A stretch of 64,000 nucleotides of DNA from the human T2T-CHM13v2.0 reference genome, Homo sapiens: the NCBI RefSeq assembly GCF_009914755.1, contig NC_060942.1. One strand, 5' to 3'. Below the pieces are notes generated by a model. The model had not been told where the DNA came from. It ran no database searches and was given only the letters and a program-made list of their open reading frames with translations. The position numbers and the translations under genes are program-made. Of this stretch, positions 48,262 to 60,428 are shown one piece after another (within the stretch, counting starts at the first letter, position 1; every line of letters begins with the position of its first letter).

Positions 48262-49150
48262 TGGTTATCGGTCAGGATAGGCTGAGTCATGCTCTGATAA
48301 TAAAGTGCCTCATACTCCGCAGTGGCTTCCCCAGCGTTGTGTTTCTCATGTTCCAGGTCCGGCCAGGCTGGCAGCTCCTGCTGGTCATGTTTTCCTCATG
48401 TTCTGTATCTGGCACAGGCTGGCAGCTCCTGCTTCTTGTCATGTTTTCCTCGTGTTCCATGTCCGGCACAGGCTGGCAGCTCCTGCTTCTTGTCATATTT
48501 TCCTCGTGTTCCGTGTCTGACGCAGGCTGGCAGCTCCTGCTGGTCATGTTTTCCTTGTGTTCCAGGTCTGGCCAGGCTGGCAGCTCCTGCTTCTTGTCAT
48601 GTTTTCCTGGTGTTCCATGCCTGGCACAGGCTGGCAGCTCCTGCTTCTTGTCATGTTTTCCTTGTGTTCCTTGTCTCACGCAGGCTGGCAGCTCCTGCTG
48701 GTCATATTTTCCTCGTGTTCCGTGTCCGGCACAGGCTGGCAGCTCCTGTTTCTTGTCGTATTTTCCTTGTGTTCCTTGTCTGATGCAGGCTGGCAGCTCC
48801 TGTTGGTCATGTTTTCCTCGTGTTCCGGGTCCGGCACTGACTGGCAGCTCCTGCTTCTTGTCATATTTTCTTCGTATTCTGGGTCCAGCGCAGGCTGACA
48901 GCTCCTGTTGGTCATGGTCACTCAGGGCCTGTCTTGGAAACACATTTCCATGACCACTGGGATAAGAAAATACTGATGTGGCCAATTACATACTGACTGA
49001 TTCTTAAGGCTTTGCGAGCGAGTGATATGGGTCACATTTCATTGGCCAGAACAATTAAAAGGCCTTGGCCAAGTTCAAGGAGTCAGGGAGTTGCACTTCT
49101 AGCTCGTGTGCAGAAGGAGGGAGAATTGGAAATACTTCATGAGCAGCAAC
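48262..49150. mobile_element. MLT1-type MaLR LTR expanded internally by a minisatellite
   Basis: Starts gtcaggataggctgagtcatgct...cagtggctt and ends cacatttcattggccagaac, both MLT1-like. Confidence 0.6.
48345..48916. repeat. 51/54-bp minisatellite, about 11 copies
   Basis: Unit CAGGCTGGCAGCTCCTGCT(GGTC|TCTTGTC)ATRTTTTCCTYGTGTTCC....; first periods are 51 and 54. Confidence 0.95.
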
Positions 49151-49189
49151 AGCCACGAACAAGATTTCCCAGGGCTTTTACACAGTGTA

Positions 49190-49620
49190 CGAAAAAGAGG
49201 AACCTTGCAGAACCCGGAAGAATACCAATATTTAAGGGATAAGGAGAGGAAGAGAAACCAGGATAAGAATAATGAATGAGGAAAGCATTTTAGGGAGTGG
49301 CCAGTAGTCAACAGTGTGCTGGGGACAGAGAAGATCATTTGGAGTGAAAAGTAGAAAAGAGGTTGGTAATTTTAGCAACGAGGAAATCTTGGTAAAATTA
49401 AAACTGACAGTACGTTTATTAGGGTGGGACTCAGGTGCAATCACAGCTGGAGGACTCTTCCAAGGGTTTGGGGGAAGGAGAGAGTGCTGTGTTGAGGGAG
49501 CCGGGTCCAGGGTGAGGGAGAGGGAATTCTGAGCATATTTACCAGGCAGCCCAGAGCATGGCGGTGGCAGTGCTGATGAGAAGTGGACTGATTGTGCTGT
49601 AAGGGAAGAGATTTTATTGA
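49190..49620 (-). mobile_element. L2 fragment
   Basis: ggaagaataccaatatttaaggga...gaggaagag; ttttagcaacgaggaaatcttggt. Confidence 0.55.
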
Positions 49621-50551
49621 TTTTGGTTTTTTTTTTATGGTGAGAAAAATCCATATCACAAACCTATTAATGTTTTTAGTAAAAGAATAGGGGGTCTTAC
49701 AAATAAAAATATTAATCATATGGAAGAATAAGTTTAGTGGGCATCCAGTAGTAACTTAAACAGGATAAGATTACTGAAAAGAAAATCATATAGAATTACA
49801 TGGCCACCACAGGAACTATGGCATTACTTCTTTCATTTGTAGAAAATATTTCAAGTCTATCAGTATGTCACTCTTTCTGTCTCCCTCCCCTCTTCTCTTT
49901 CTTTCTCCTCCCTCTCCTTCCGTCCTTTTTTCTCTTTATATTTATTTCCTTTCTTCATTACAGTGTGTATAGCAGGACCCTGACAATTCACAAAATTGCT
50001 TTACGTTCCTGAGGTTAAAAAATGCTTCAGTAAAATCTGATATAAGAAAGAAGTTAATCACAACAACACTTTCGGTAGTGAAATTGATGCAACATGGTAA
50101 GACTTTGAGACAGTTCTTGAAGGGCTCAAGAAGACGAGAGCCTAACAATTTAGGCTCATACATTGTTGGCAATGTGAAGGATCCAGCTGTTGTTGGGAAT
50201 CTTAAATTTAAAATGGTGCCAGTAACCAGGATATGGCTGTTCTGAGGCTGATGTTCAGGAGCCCCAACGCAGAAGCAGAGATAGGCTGCTGGGCTGGTGC
50301 AGAGGTTTGCATGTGGACATGTAAGCAGAGAAGGCAGGGACAGCCGGTCGTGATGGTGGATGGCAGTGAGAGGGCTCCTTATGGACAAGGAGTTTTGGAA
50401 GCAAAGTAGTTATTGGTGGTAAGACTTCGAGTACAGTGATGAAAATGAGTTGTTGAAGTTTGGAGGCTGTTACAGACACTGGATTATCTAAAATTATAAG
50501 CTTTTATATAATATTTTGGAGAGCATCCTTTCCTTCTTACAAATATTTTCT

Positions 50552-50845
50552 GCCAGGTGCAGTGGCTCACTCCTGTAATCCTAACATTTAGGGAGGCTGA
50601 GGCGGCCGGATTTCTTGAGCCCAGGAGTTCGAGACCAGCCTGGGCAACATGGCAAAACCTGTCCCTACCAAAAAATACAAAGATTCCCTGGGCGTGGTGG
50701 CATGTGCCTGTAGTACCAGCTACTCAGGAGGCTGAGGTGGGTGGATCGCCTGAGCCTAGGAGTTTGAGGCTACACTGAGCCATGATTGCACCACTGCACT
50801 CCAGCCTGGGCAGCAGAGTGAGACCCTGTCTCATTAAGAAAAAAT
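50552..50845 (+). mobile_element. AluJ
   Basis: cttgagcccaggagttcgagaccagcctgggcaac. Confidence 0.9.
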
Positions 50846-51633
50846 AGATTAATTAAAAAAAATACAGCCACTATTGTAGATTGTATGTCAAGGCAAATTG
50901 AGCATCATTTCACATTTTCTAGGTTTATCCAGTAATTGATCTTCTAGGGAGACAAGTCTTATATTCGGTTGCTTGTAGATCTCTTATGTAAATTCAATTT
51001 AATAAATACCACATTTATAGAGTTATCTTCTTTATTCCATGATGCAGCAGTAAGAAAGAAGAGAGTGCCCTTTTCTTTTCAGCTGGAGCTGTAGGATGTC
51101 ACGCCCTCTTGCTGGGCCCTGCTGCCTCTGACTTGCTCTCTTCAGCCTTTGGGCCTCTTGTGCTTTTGCCTCAGTATCTGCAGCGTCCTCTCCCGTTGCC
51201 CTCTACTGTAGGTGTGGCCTAGACTAGGAAGTTCCTGGGATATAATTGCCTTAAAAATCATCCACATAATCCCTGCTACATAGAATGGTTAAGCAATTGA
51301 CATTTTCCAATGTGTTGCTGTTCCCTGACTCTAGCAGAGGGTGTAAAGCCCATAAGACTGTGTGGCCGAGACCAGGCCTTGAGTCCTTGGTACCTGTTGT
51401 TAACCATGTGCAAGTCCCAGTGCTCCCTGTTGGTCTTCAGCCCCTGATGGGCCCTCACCACCTCCACCACCGACTACCCCCGAGTCATCCCAGCCCCACC
51501 AGAGGCTTCATGTCCTCCTGCAGGACATGAAGGAGCATCCTCAGCTCCTGGAAGAGCGCCAGCCTCCTGCAGCCATCTGCTTCCACAGATTCAGCTGATA
51601 AGGAGGACTTGCCCCATCTCAGCTGCAGGTTCA

Positions 51634-51969
<336 letters not shown>

Positions 51970-52384
51970 CTCCACCTATCCTCCCAGAGTTAAGTTGATG
52001 TATGTTAGGTATTTAACTAGTTTTATTAATTGCATTATAAAGGCTTTTTTTTTTTTTAAACTTCTAGTTCTCCTCAGCTAACATCCCCAAACTTCTTTGG
52101 CCAATTTTTTTTTTTTTTTGCCTTTATTTTGGCCAATTTTGTTCTTTTTTAGCTGCTTTAAAAAAAAAAAAAGAAAGAAAAACTTATGAAAAATTTTAAA
52201 CATACAGAAAACTAAGGAGAAAAGCATAACTCATATCCCTAGACCCTGAGTTCAACAGACATTTCCCACTTGCCTATCCTGTAGTTACAGGTACCATGCT
52301 GCATTATCCTAAATATGTACTTTTTCCAAAAAATAATTTATATTTATCTCTTAGTCTTTATCTTTTATTTTTTTAGACAGGCAG

Positions 52385-52602
52385 AGACCACCAGCCTGCC
52401 CAATATGGTGAAACCCCGTCTCTACTAAAAATGCAAAGAATTAGCCGGGCGTGGTGGCAGGCGCCTGTAAACCCAGTTACTCAGGAGGCTGAGGCAAGAG
52501 AGTTGCTCGAACCCAGGAAGTGGAGGTTGCAGTGAGCCGAGACCGCACCACTGCACTCCAGCCTGGGCAACAGAGTGAGACTCCATCTCAAAAAAAAAAA
52601 AG
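52385..52602 (+). mobile_element. 5'-truncated Alu (AluS)
   Basis: Begins mid left arm at accagcctg and runs to poly(A). Confidence 0.88.
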
Positions 52603-55600
52603 ACACTTTGGCTGCTGCCTTAACTCTCTTTCTTGTTTCTGTGACGCCTGGTTGTCCCCACACTCTAGGTGAAGTGGTGTGTAGAGGGTGGCCCCACGTA
52701 GGCAACAACAGCAGCAGAGCTACCTGTATTGATCCCACCCCCTGGAATGGGACCTGAGGACGCAACTTCCTGGTTCTCCTCCCTGGACTTTCAAAAAATG
52801 CAGCATGTTTTATCCAGACATGAAGATAAGAATAAATCCTTCCATTTTGTTAGATAGAGGAAAATTCTGAGATTAAAAAGAATTCTTGAAGGTGAGGATT
52901 AGAATATTTTCCCGCCTCCTAGTGCTTATGACAGAGAGATTTAAAAGAAGATGGAGTCTACTCAAAGTTTGAAAATTTTAAGACTAAACAAAAGTTTTTA
53001 TTACTAAGGAATTACTATTATATTAGTATTTGGTGAAAGTTCAAATTACAAGGACTACAGTTTGAGTAATGGACTCGTTTATAAAAGCCAGCCTCAGACA
53101 TATTTAATGATATGAGACTTGATTACATTTAAGGGAGAAAAATTCTTGTGGAGGTTAAGGAAAAATCAATTGTGACAGGTTGCCATTTTCATGCCATTCA
53201 TAATAATCAGTTACTCAGAGCAAGAACATCAAGGATGAAATGATAATACAAATTGCTTCAAGCAGTTATTGTAATCCCTTGGGTATATTGATTTGTGTAT
53301 CTAATAAAAAGATGCTTTCAGATGTCTCATTGGCAGAGAGATAGGTGACATGAGCCATTATGAGAATTAGAGCTGGTGCTTGTTATCTGAATAGTTGTTG
53401 AGAAATTTTGAGATCATGGAACAAAATAGAGTCCAGCTGTGGTGTACTTTGCAACTTGAAATATCAAAGCAGTTTTGGAGACTAGCTTTCTTGTTTTAAA
53501 AAAGATAATTTATTAATATTTTAAAAGTTATATTGATTTATATTAAAATATTACAATAAAATAACTTATTTTTATCTTTTCTTGTAGTTGCATACAATCA
53601 TAGAATGCCTTAATTTTTCTAACAGTTGCTTTCTTGTAATAAAATACTGTAGAGTTTAAATACTTATTTTAAAATGTGCCCATGTGCTTCACCAAAGAGC
53701 TACATATTGTAGAACATATTAGTAGTATTGCAGTAAATCAACAGAGATAGAAAGACTCTTGGGATGCTTTTTTTGGGATAACTGTTGTTAATATTCACAA
53801 ATCATAGTGTTTCAGTTCCTCATCAGGAAAAGATTAACTAGAAAACAAACCCACCATGACATAATTCTGTAGCTTCTAGACTAGACCCAGGGTGGCTCTT
53901 TGGGGTACATTAGCACAGCCTTCACTTGCATACCCGGCACACTTTGATATGACAGCTGCTCACAATTAGAAGTTGTAGTTCTTCATCTGCAGTGTGAACA
54001 TAAATAAACTTATAATTTCAGGAAAGTAGTAAAGAAACAAAATGCTAAGTGTTGAAAAAACAATCCTACTGATAGCATCTGGGGCATAATGCTCTATCAG
54101 AGTGTATAGCAAATATCTAAACTAGAAAACTTAGATTTTGTCCCTAAATTCCTTTTAAATATGAATTTAATTAGAAAACAGGTGCTCCAAATAAAAAATG
54201 CAAGCATTTTTATTATTGTAATTGATTTCTATCACAGAAAAGACTTAGTTAGCTTTACATAAAGTTCTGAATAAGAAGGGCTTACTAATTATTTGTTGCA
54301 TATTAAATAAGAACTATATTTGACAGTATCTCATCATTTCTAAGCGGTATAGCTAAATTCTCTGTAATCAAAATTCCTAACAGAGAAGTGTAATTTATTC
54401 AAGAAGCAAGTATTTTCATAATTGTCTTTATTTTTTGAACTCCTTGATTCCTTACCCCTGTGCCATAAAAGCTGTTAGAAATGTATGGACCTTGTGATAA
54501 TGATTGACTTATGACATTTCCTGCAAAACTAAGCATGTCTCCCTACCAGATCATGCCCCGTGATTTCTGACGAGGCGATCTGGAATGTCTCGTGAGACTG
54601 AGAATGGGAAAGTGCTGGAACCTCTGTGGGGTGGAAAGCAAGTGGGCATGTGGATGGTGGTTATGTAGTTGCTGAAGATGGAGAAGGGAGAGTCGGTATC
54701 ACCTTCCCCAGGAGGATTTCTGTGGGCTGCCAGACTAGGGAGGGTCTGGGGTTCATGGACATGCCCTGTCTCATGCAAATGGATTCCCTTTGTGGCTACC
54801 ATACATCAAAAACAGGTCACGTGTGTGCTGTGTGTTCAGAAGCCAACTTCACCAGGGACACCTTCAAGCCAGCAGCCAGCTAGCAGGGCAGGTCCCTTGG
54901 TTTTCTAATTGTCGCTGCCAATGTCTGTTGGAACAAGGCTCTCTGCTGAGCATGTGTGCCATCTCCTCTGCACCCTCCTGTTATCCTCCCTCCTTAGGCA
55001 GAGAGAAACCCTCAGTGTCTACTCAGGAAAGCACCAGCTGCTCCACCCTGGGCAGGCCGTGTAGGGTGCTTGTCCTTGGGGGGTTATGGCTGCAGCTAGG
55101 AAACACCAGTGGAGAAGGAAGCCCAGGCCAAGTGCAGCCTTCCCACTGGGAGAAAAGGGCGACCTGTCTCCAGCAGCTCCCAGGAACCACGACCACAGTA
55201 ACACAAGCACTGCTTCTTGTCAGACAGGAAAGTCTGCCAGGAGGGACTGTGTTATCCTGGTCTACATTGTATCTTAAGCCTCTGACACAGTGTCTGAATG
55301 ATTTTCCTTAAGGCATAGTTTGTGTTTTATTTCTCTCTACAGTTATCTTTATCTAGTGATAATTTAAAACCTTGACAAATCTGATTTTGACTTATTCATC
55401 TTTTCATACAGCTGATGGGATATTCTGGATGCTAATATTTTGTTTAATTTTATTTTATTGACATTAGAGTAGAAACTGTACCAAACGCTCTCTTTTACAA
55501 TTGCATTAACTAAAACATGTATATAATAAGCTAAACATGAAATTAGATAGTTTTTCATTTCCTTTATGCAGTTAGTATTGTCAGCTGATAATTACCTGTT

Positions 55601-55769
55601 GCAAAACTTTAAAATATATCATCTAAGAGTTTTTACACTATAATGAGATATTAACTCCAAAAGATTAAGTAAACTGCAGTAATCAACATTCATGCAGCAC
55701 TCCCTATCCCTCTAGGCTTCCTCTACCATGTCTTCATCATGGGGACGTCCTTTCGAAACCATGTTTTGG

Positions 55770-56172
55770 CCCCGCAGTTGTAGGACGGCCACTGTCTTCA
55801 GCGTCTGAGTGACTGCTGGGTCCCGCAGTCGCAGGGCGGCCACTGTCTTCAGCGTCTGAGTGACTGTTGGGTCCCGCAGTCGCAGGGCGGCCACTGTCTT
55901 CAGCGTCTGAGTGACTGTTGGGTCCCGCAGTTGCAGGGCGGCCACTGTCTTCAGCGTCTGAGTGACTCTTGGGTCCCGCAGTCGCAGGGCGGCCACTGTC
56001 TTCAGCGTCTGAGTGACTCTTGGGTCCCGCAGTCGCAGGGCGGCCACTGTCTTCAGCGTCTGAGTGACTCTTGGGTCCCGCAGTCGCAGGGCGGCCACTG
56101 TCTTCAGCGTCTGAGTGACTGTTGGGTCCCGCAGTTGTACGGCAGCCACTGTCTTCAGCATCTGAGTGACTC
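55770..56172. repeat. 51-bp CpG-rich minisatellite, about 8 copies
   Basis: Unit CCCGCAGTCGCAGGGCGGCCACTGTCTTCAGCGTCTGAGTGACTSTTGGGT with period 51. Confidence 0.97.
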
Positions 56173-56860
56173 TTTGTTCCCAGGGCATCTTTCTATTCTT
56201 GGCTCCCCCATTGTCATCACTGCCTCCTCCTATGGCAGCATGAATTCTACAAGGGCTCTCAGGCCCTTCAGCTTCCCTCCTTTCTGGCAGCCTCATTCAG
56301 AGTCCATAGTGCAGAGTTCAAGCTCCTGTCATTTCTCACCCAGTTCACGACAGTGGCCGCTCTGCCGCCCTCTCTTCCTGCTCCCTCCATCATGTTTTGG
56401 GTGTCACAGCCTGAGTCATGTTTATGAAATGTAGGTTTGATATGGTTCGTTCTTTGGCTAAAACTTCAAAAGATTCCCATTGCTCTGTGGCGAGCCCCAG
56501 CATCTTCCTTGTGTTCCACGGGTGCTTTGCTCCTCATGCGTTTTTCTCAGACTGCTGTCTTCTGCACTCTTGGTGCTTGGCCACAAAGACTTGTCAGCCA
56601 TCTGTGGCCACCACAGCGCATCCTGCCTTTCTGTCTCAACTCTTAGGAGAGATGTAACAAAATGTGCAGGTAGATGTCGCCTCTTCCACTGAAATGTTAG
56701 CTTCTTGGCTTTGAGGACTCTGTTTACCTTGGTATTCTGGTGCCCTGCACAGGGTCCATGCTCAGTGAACACTGGTGAGCACATGAGTCAAGCCATGATA
56801 ACCGTTTGCTTAGGTGCCTCATCTTCCACGAGACTTCCCACGCCCTGGAGGCAGGAGCTG
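56173..56860 (+). mobile_element. L2 3' fragment(s)
   Basis: gaaatgtaggtttgatatggtt...ctaaaacttcaaaagattcccattgc; ccactgaaatgttagc...gcacagggtccatgctcagtgaac. Confidence 0.6.
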
Positions 56861-57082
56861 TGCCTTCCCCCTTCCTTTGCCCCATGCTGCTCACCCGCAG
56901 TAGATGGGGGACAGCCTACACAAGAAGCCAGGAGGATCTGAAGAGGACTCAAATGAAAATAACACACAGTTTGTGTGGGGGAGGTGGACTTATCTTTAAT
57001 AAAAATGGAAAGTTTGCAGTGCTCTACGGGATAAGTGCTCTGGTAGCGTAGAGACTGTAGCAGGCTATGAAAGGAGTGCACA

Positions 57083-57255
57083 TTGACTGACACCCGCTGT
57101 GTGTTGGGCCCTATGTACTAGGCACTGACTGAACACCTGCTGTGTGTTGGGCCCTGTGTACTAGGCACTGACTGAACACCCACTGTGTGTTGGGCACCAT
57201 ATACTAGGCACTGACTGAACACCTGCTGTGTGTCGGGCACCATATACTAGGCACT
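57083..57255. repeat. 43-bp tandem repeat, 4 copies, resembling the antisense L2/MIR 3' terminus
   Basis: Unit ACTGACTGAACACCYRCTGTGTGTYGGGC...TACTAGGC with period 43. Confidence 0.9.
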
Positions 57256-57622
57256 TCTTGCATTGTCGTATTGTGACTTGTGGTTTTCTCTTTTTTTGGT
57301 GGGCTATAACCTGTTACTTTCCTTGATTGACCTTTACATTGTCTCCTCTCTGTCTTTAAGCTTTAAGCTGGCCTCTCTGTCGTACTATCATGAACCCATC
57401 ATTTTTTTAGTATTTTTTGTTTTTACTTCCACAGACAGATGTTCCAGACTCATCTTGTACTTTCTTTGCTCCAGCCCTGGGCTTGGCTCTGGGTTCCTTT
57501 TAGCAAAAAATGCTGTTTAGAAGTCAGGTTCTGGGAGCTGGGCTTGCTCATGTGTATTGCCATACGCTGTTTCCAAATCCCTGCAGTGAACAGAGTCAGG
57601 CCGCGTGTGTGTGTGAATTGCA

Positions 57623-57770
57623 TGGATGGGTGGATGGATGGGTGGGCGGGTGGGTGGATGAGTGGGTGAATCGGATGGATGGGTGGGTGGGTGAGTGAGT
57701 GGGTAGATGAGTAGGTAAGTATATAGGTGGATGGGTAGATGGATGGGTGGTGGATGGGTGGATGGATGAT
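57623..57770. repeat. (GGAT/GGGT)n tetranucleotide simple repeat
   Basis: ggatgggtggatggatgggtggg... Confidence 0.9.
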
Positions 57771-58978
57771 GAGTCCAGGGGTTTCTTCTAGTTTTTTGTT
57801 TCCACATTGTAACTCCTTCCCTGACAGTGAGAAACGGATTTATCATTACACTGAATATGTTTACTGATTTGAGCAACCCCTTACCTTACCAGCCTGTGGC
57901 CCTCTTTACATCCCTCAGCATCTCACCTCCCCCCGACTGTTCTCCTTCCTCACTGCATGTGGGCTCCAGCCCAGCACTTGTTTCTGTGCCTTCCCGGGAG
58001 GTTCTAACTGTTCTCCTTCCTCAGTGCACGTGGGCTCCAGCCCAGCACTTGGGTCTGTGCCTTTTCAGGAAGTTTTATCTGCTCTGCCCAGGCATGTGTG
58101 TGCACTGTGTTGAGAAAGCAGGACAGCAACACATTGAACTGCCCATTCTCTAGTTTTTAAAAATGGTTTCCTTTCATGAGGGTTGAAAATCTCATATTTG
58201 TTCACTTTGTATACATTAGCCAAAGCTCATAGTGTGATAAGACAAAAACATTAGGCATTTGATAAATGCTGATTAACTGAACACATGAATTCATCATTGA
58301 GTGAATCAATGCAGGACATATTAGAGCTACTTAAATCTTTAGCCCAAAAAATAGCCTTTTAGATGAGTATGGAATAGTATTTGGCTTTAATTGATTTAAG
58401 AGAAATTATCATCAGAATATCTCAAATTCTCCACTAGTGATAAATTTTGCTTGATGAGCAGAATTTTTGCACATCTGTTGTACCAGACTCCTCTGCCCGT
58501 AGAACAGACTGAATTCACTGTGAGAGAGCCTTTATCTTTCCATAGAAAATACTGGATAAATACAGGGGCTGACACAACATTCTTTACATGGACTTCCATC
58601 TCCTCAAATTCCGCTAGTACCAAACTCCTCTTACTGTGAAGCCAAGGGAAGAAACCACTGAAGGGTGCATTGCCTTCCTTTCTAAATCTGTTGTTCAGTA
58701 AACAAAATAATCCCTGTTTAAGGTGATCGCCTGTTGCATCTGTCATTGGTTGGGGATTAGAAATAAACACAGTCTTTAAAGAGATTATAATCAGAAGTGG
58801 GAAGTCATAGATACATTTGTCTTCTGTCTCTTTCCCTATATTTTGCACGTAGTAAATAATAAATAATGATTTACTCAAGATGTGACTTGCTGTTCTGGTA
58901 TCAGAGATACTATTTTTGGTTTTTAAAAATTAATTTTTCTAAAGTAACCTCAAAGTTAATGAACAGATTTAAGAAGCT

Positions 58979-59281
58979 GGCTGGGCATGGTTCGCCTGTA
59001 ATCCCACCACTTTGGGAAGTCGTGGCAGGCAGATCACTTGAGGCAAGGAGTTTGAGACCAGCGTGGGCAACATGGCGAAACCCTGTCTCTACTAAAAATA
59101 AAAAAAATTAGGTGGGTGTGGTAGGGCACACCTGTGGTACAAACTACCTGGGAGACTCAGGTGGGAGGATCATTTGATCTTCAACCAGGAGGTTGAGGCT
59201 GCAGTGAGCTGAGATTGTGCCACTACACTCCAGCCTGGGCGACAGTATAAGACCCTGTCTCAATACAAGCAAACAAAAAAA
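58979..59281 (+). mobile_element. Alu (AluJ/S)
   Basis: Full but diverged Alu. Confidence 0.88.
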
Positions 59282-60428
59282 GGTAGCAGCTCAGGCTACA
59301 GTTCACACTTATGACTTCTAAGTTATATAACCAGATTTGTGCTAATGTTACTGTTGGTGCTGATGTGAAATATAATGCTTTTTTAGTACAATACTGTTGA
59401 TAACTCACACTAGCATGTTATGTAGAATTATGTAATTACTAAAACTGCACCCTGGGCACTCTCCCACCCCAACAAAAAGCAAATCAAATATAACGGTACC
59501 ACATAAGGTTCATTAACCTGTGGAAATGAGCAGCTTGTGTATGATACAATTTAGGGAGGGATCTGTTTTGGTTGAATATTCAGTCATTCAGGCAACAGTT
59601 TTCTTAAGTTAAAGTCAATAATTTGTTTTGTTATTACAATTACAAAAATTGTTTCATAGCCTTAAGACAGAGACATGGTCTGAAACACACAGTATAGAGA
59701 GCAGAATTTTCATAATGGATCAATTTAATATGTTTTTAATTCCAAACAATATAAAGAAAAATGACTGCTTCTGAGGCTTAATTTCCATCTCACATGAGGC
59801 GTCTCCCCCGTCCTTTGGAGAGAGGCAGATGATGGTGTGTTTCCAGAGGCGCAGGCGCTCTGCTGTCTTCACAGACACGTCAGGTTACTGCTGCGTGTTT
59901 CTAGATGCAAGAAGAAAACCAGATTGCCAAGTTTCCTTGCATTCTTTAATCAGTCATCATTTCTCTTTCAAGTTACATTCTTAAACCTTAGCTTTCTGGA
60001 TAAAAAATCATAACAATTTTAAAGATAATTTATGGATGCTAATAAGCTGAAACAAAATTAAATGGATTCTTGAACATTTTAAAGTATCTGTGTTACTTGT
60101 ATTTGCATAATTTCATTTAATATACACTTTGAATCATTTTAAGGATGTTTGACATGCTAGGTTGTAACTACATGTCCTGTTTTTGTCTTAAAACTGAGTT
60201 TAGTGCATTAAAAAAAAAAGGAACTCAATATCTGAATCTACTTTTTATAAAATGAAATTTATAGATATGTCAGGGAAGATCTTTGTGTAAGTGCTAAGAC
60301 TGAATAAAGTGTAGTTTAATTATTTTCCCCCTTAAAATGATACAAGTAGTTCAGAGAATATAAAAATATATAAATTTAGTATTAACACCGTAATATTAGT
60401 TTTCAATAATAAAATGGAAGTTTCCTTG

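Noticed and set aside
48261-48985. 230-aa and 232-aa ORFs on opposite strands
   Set aside because: Products of the 51/54-bp minisatellite.
54790-55311. 173-aa plus-strand ORF in a GC-richer patch
   Set aside because: Non-ATG start, no homology that I recognise, and not in the ATP9B peptide.
55712-56434. 194-aa (-) and 167-aa (+) ORFs with 17-aa repeats
   Set aside because: Products of the 51-bp VNTR.
58396-58878. 160-aa minus-strand ORF in unique sequence
   Set aside because: No recognisable domain or convincing splice structure; length is compatible with chance.
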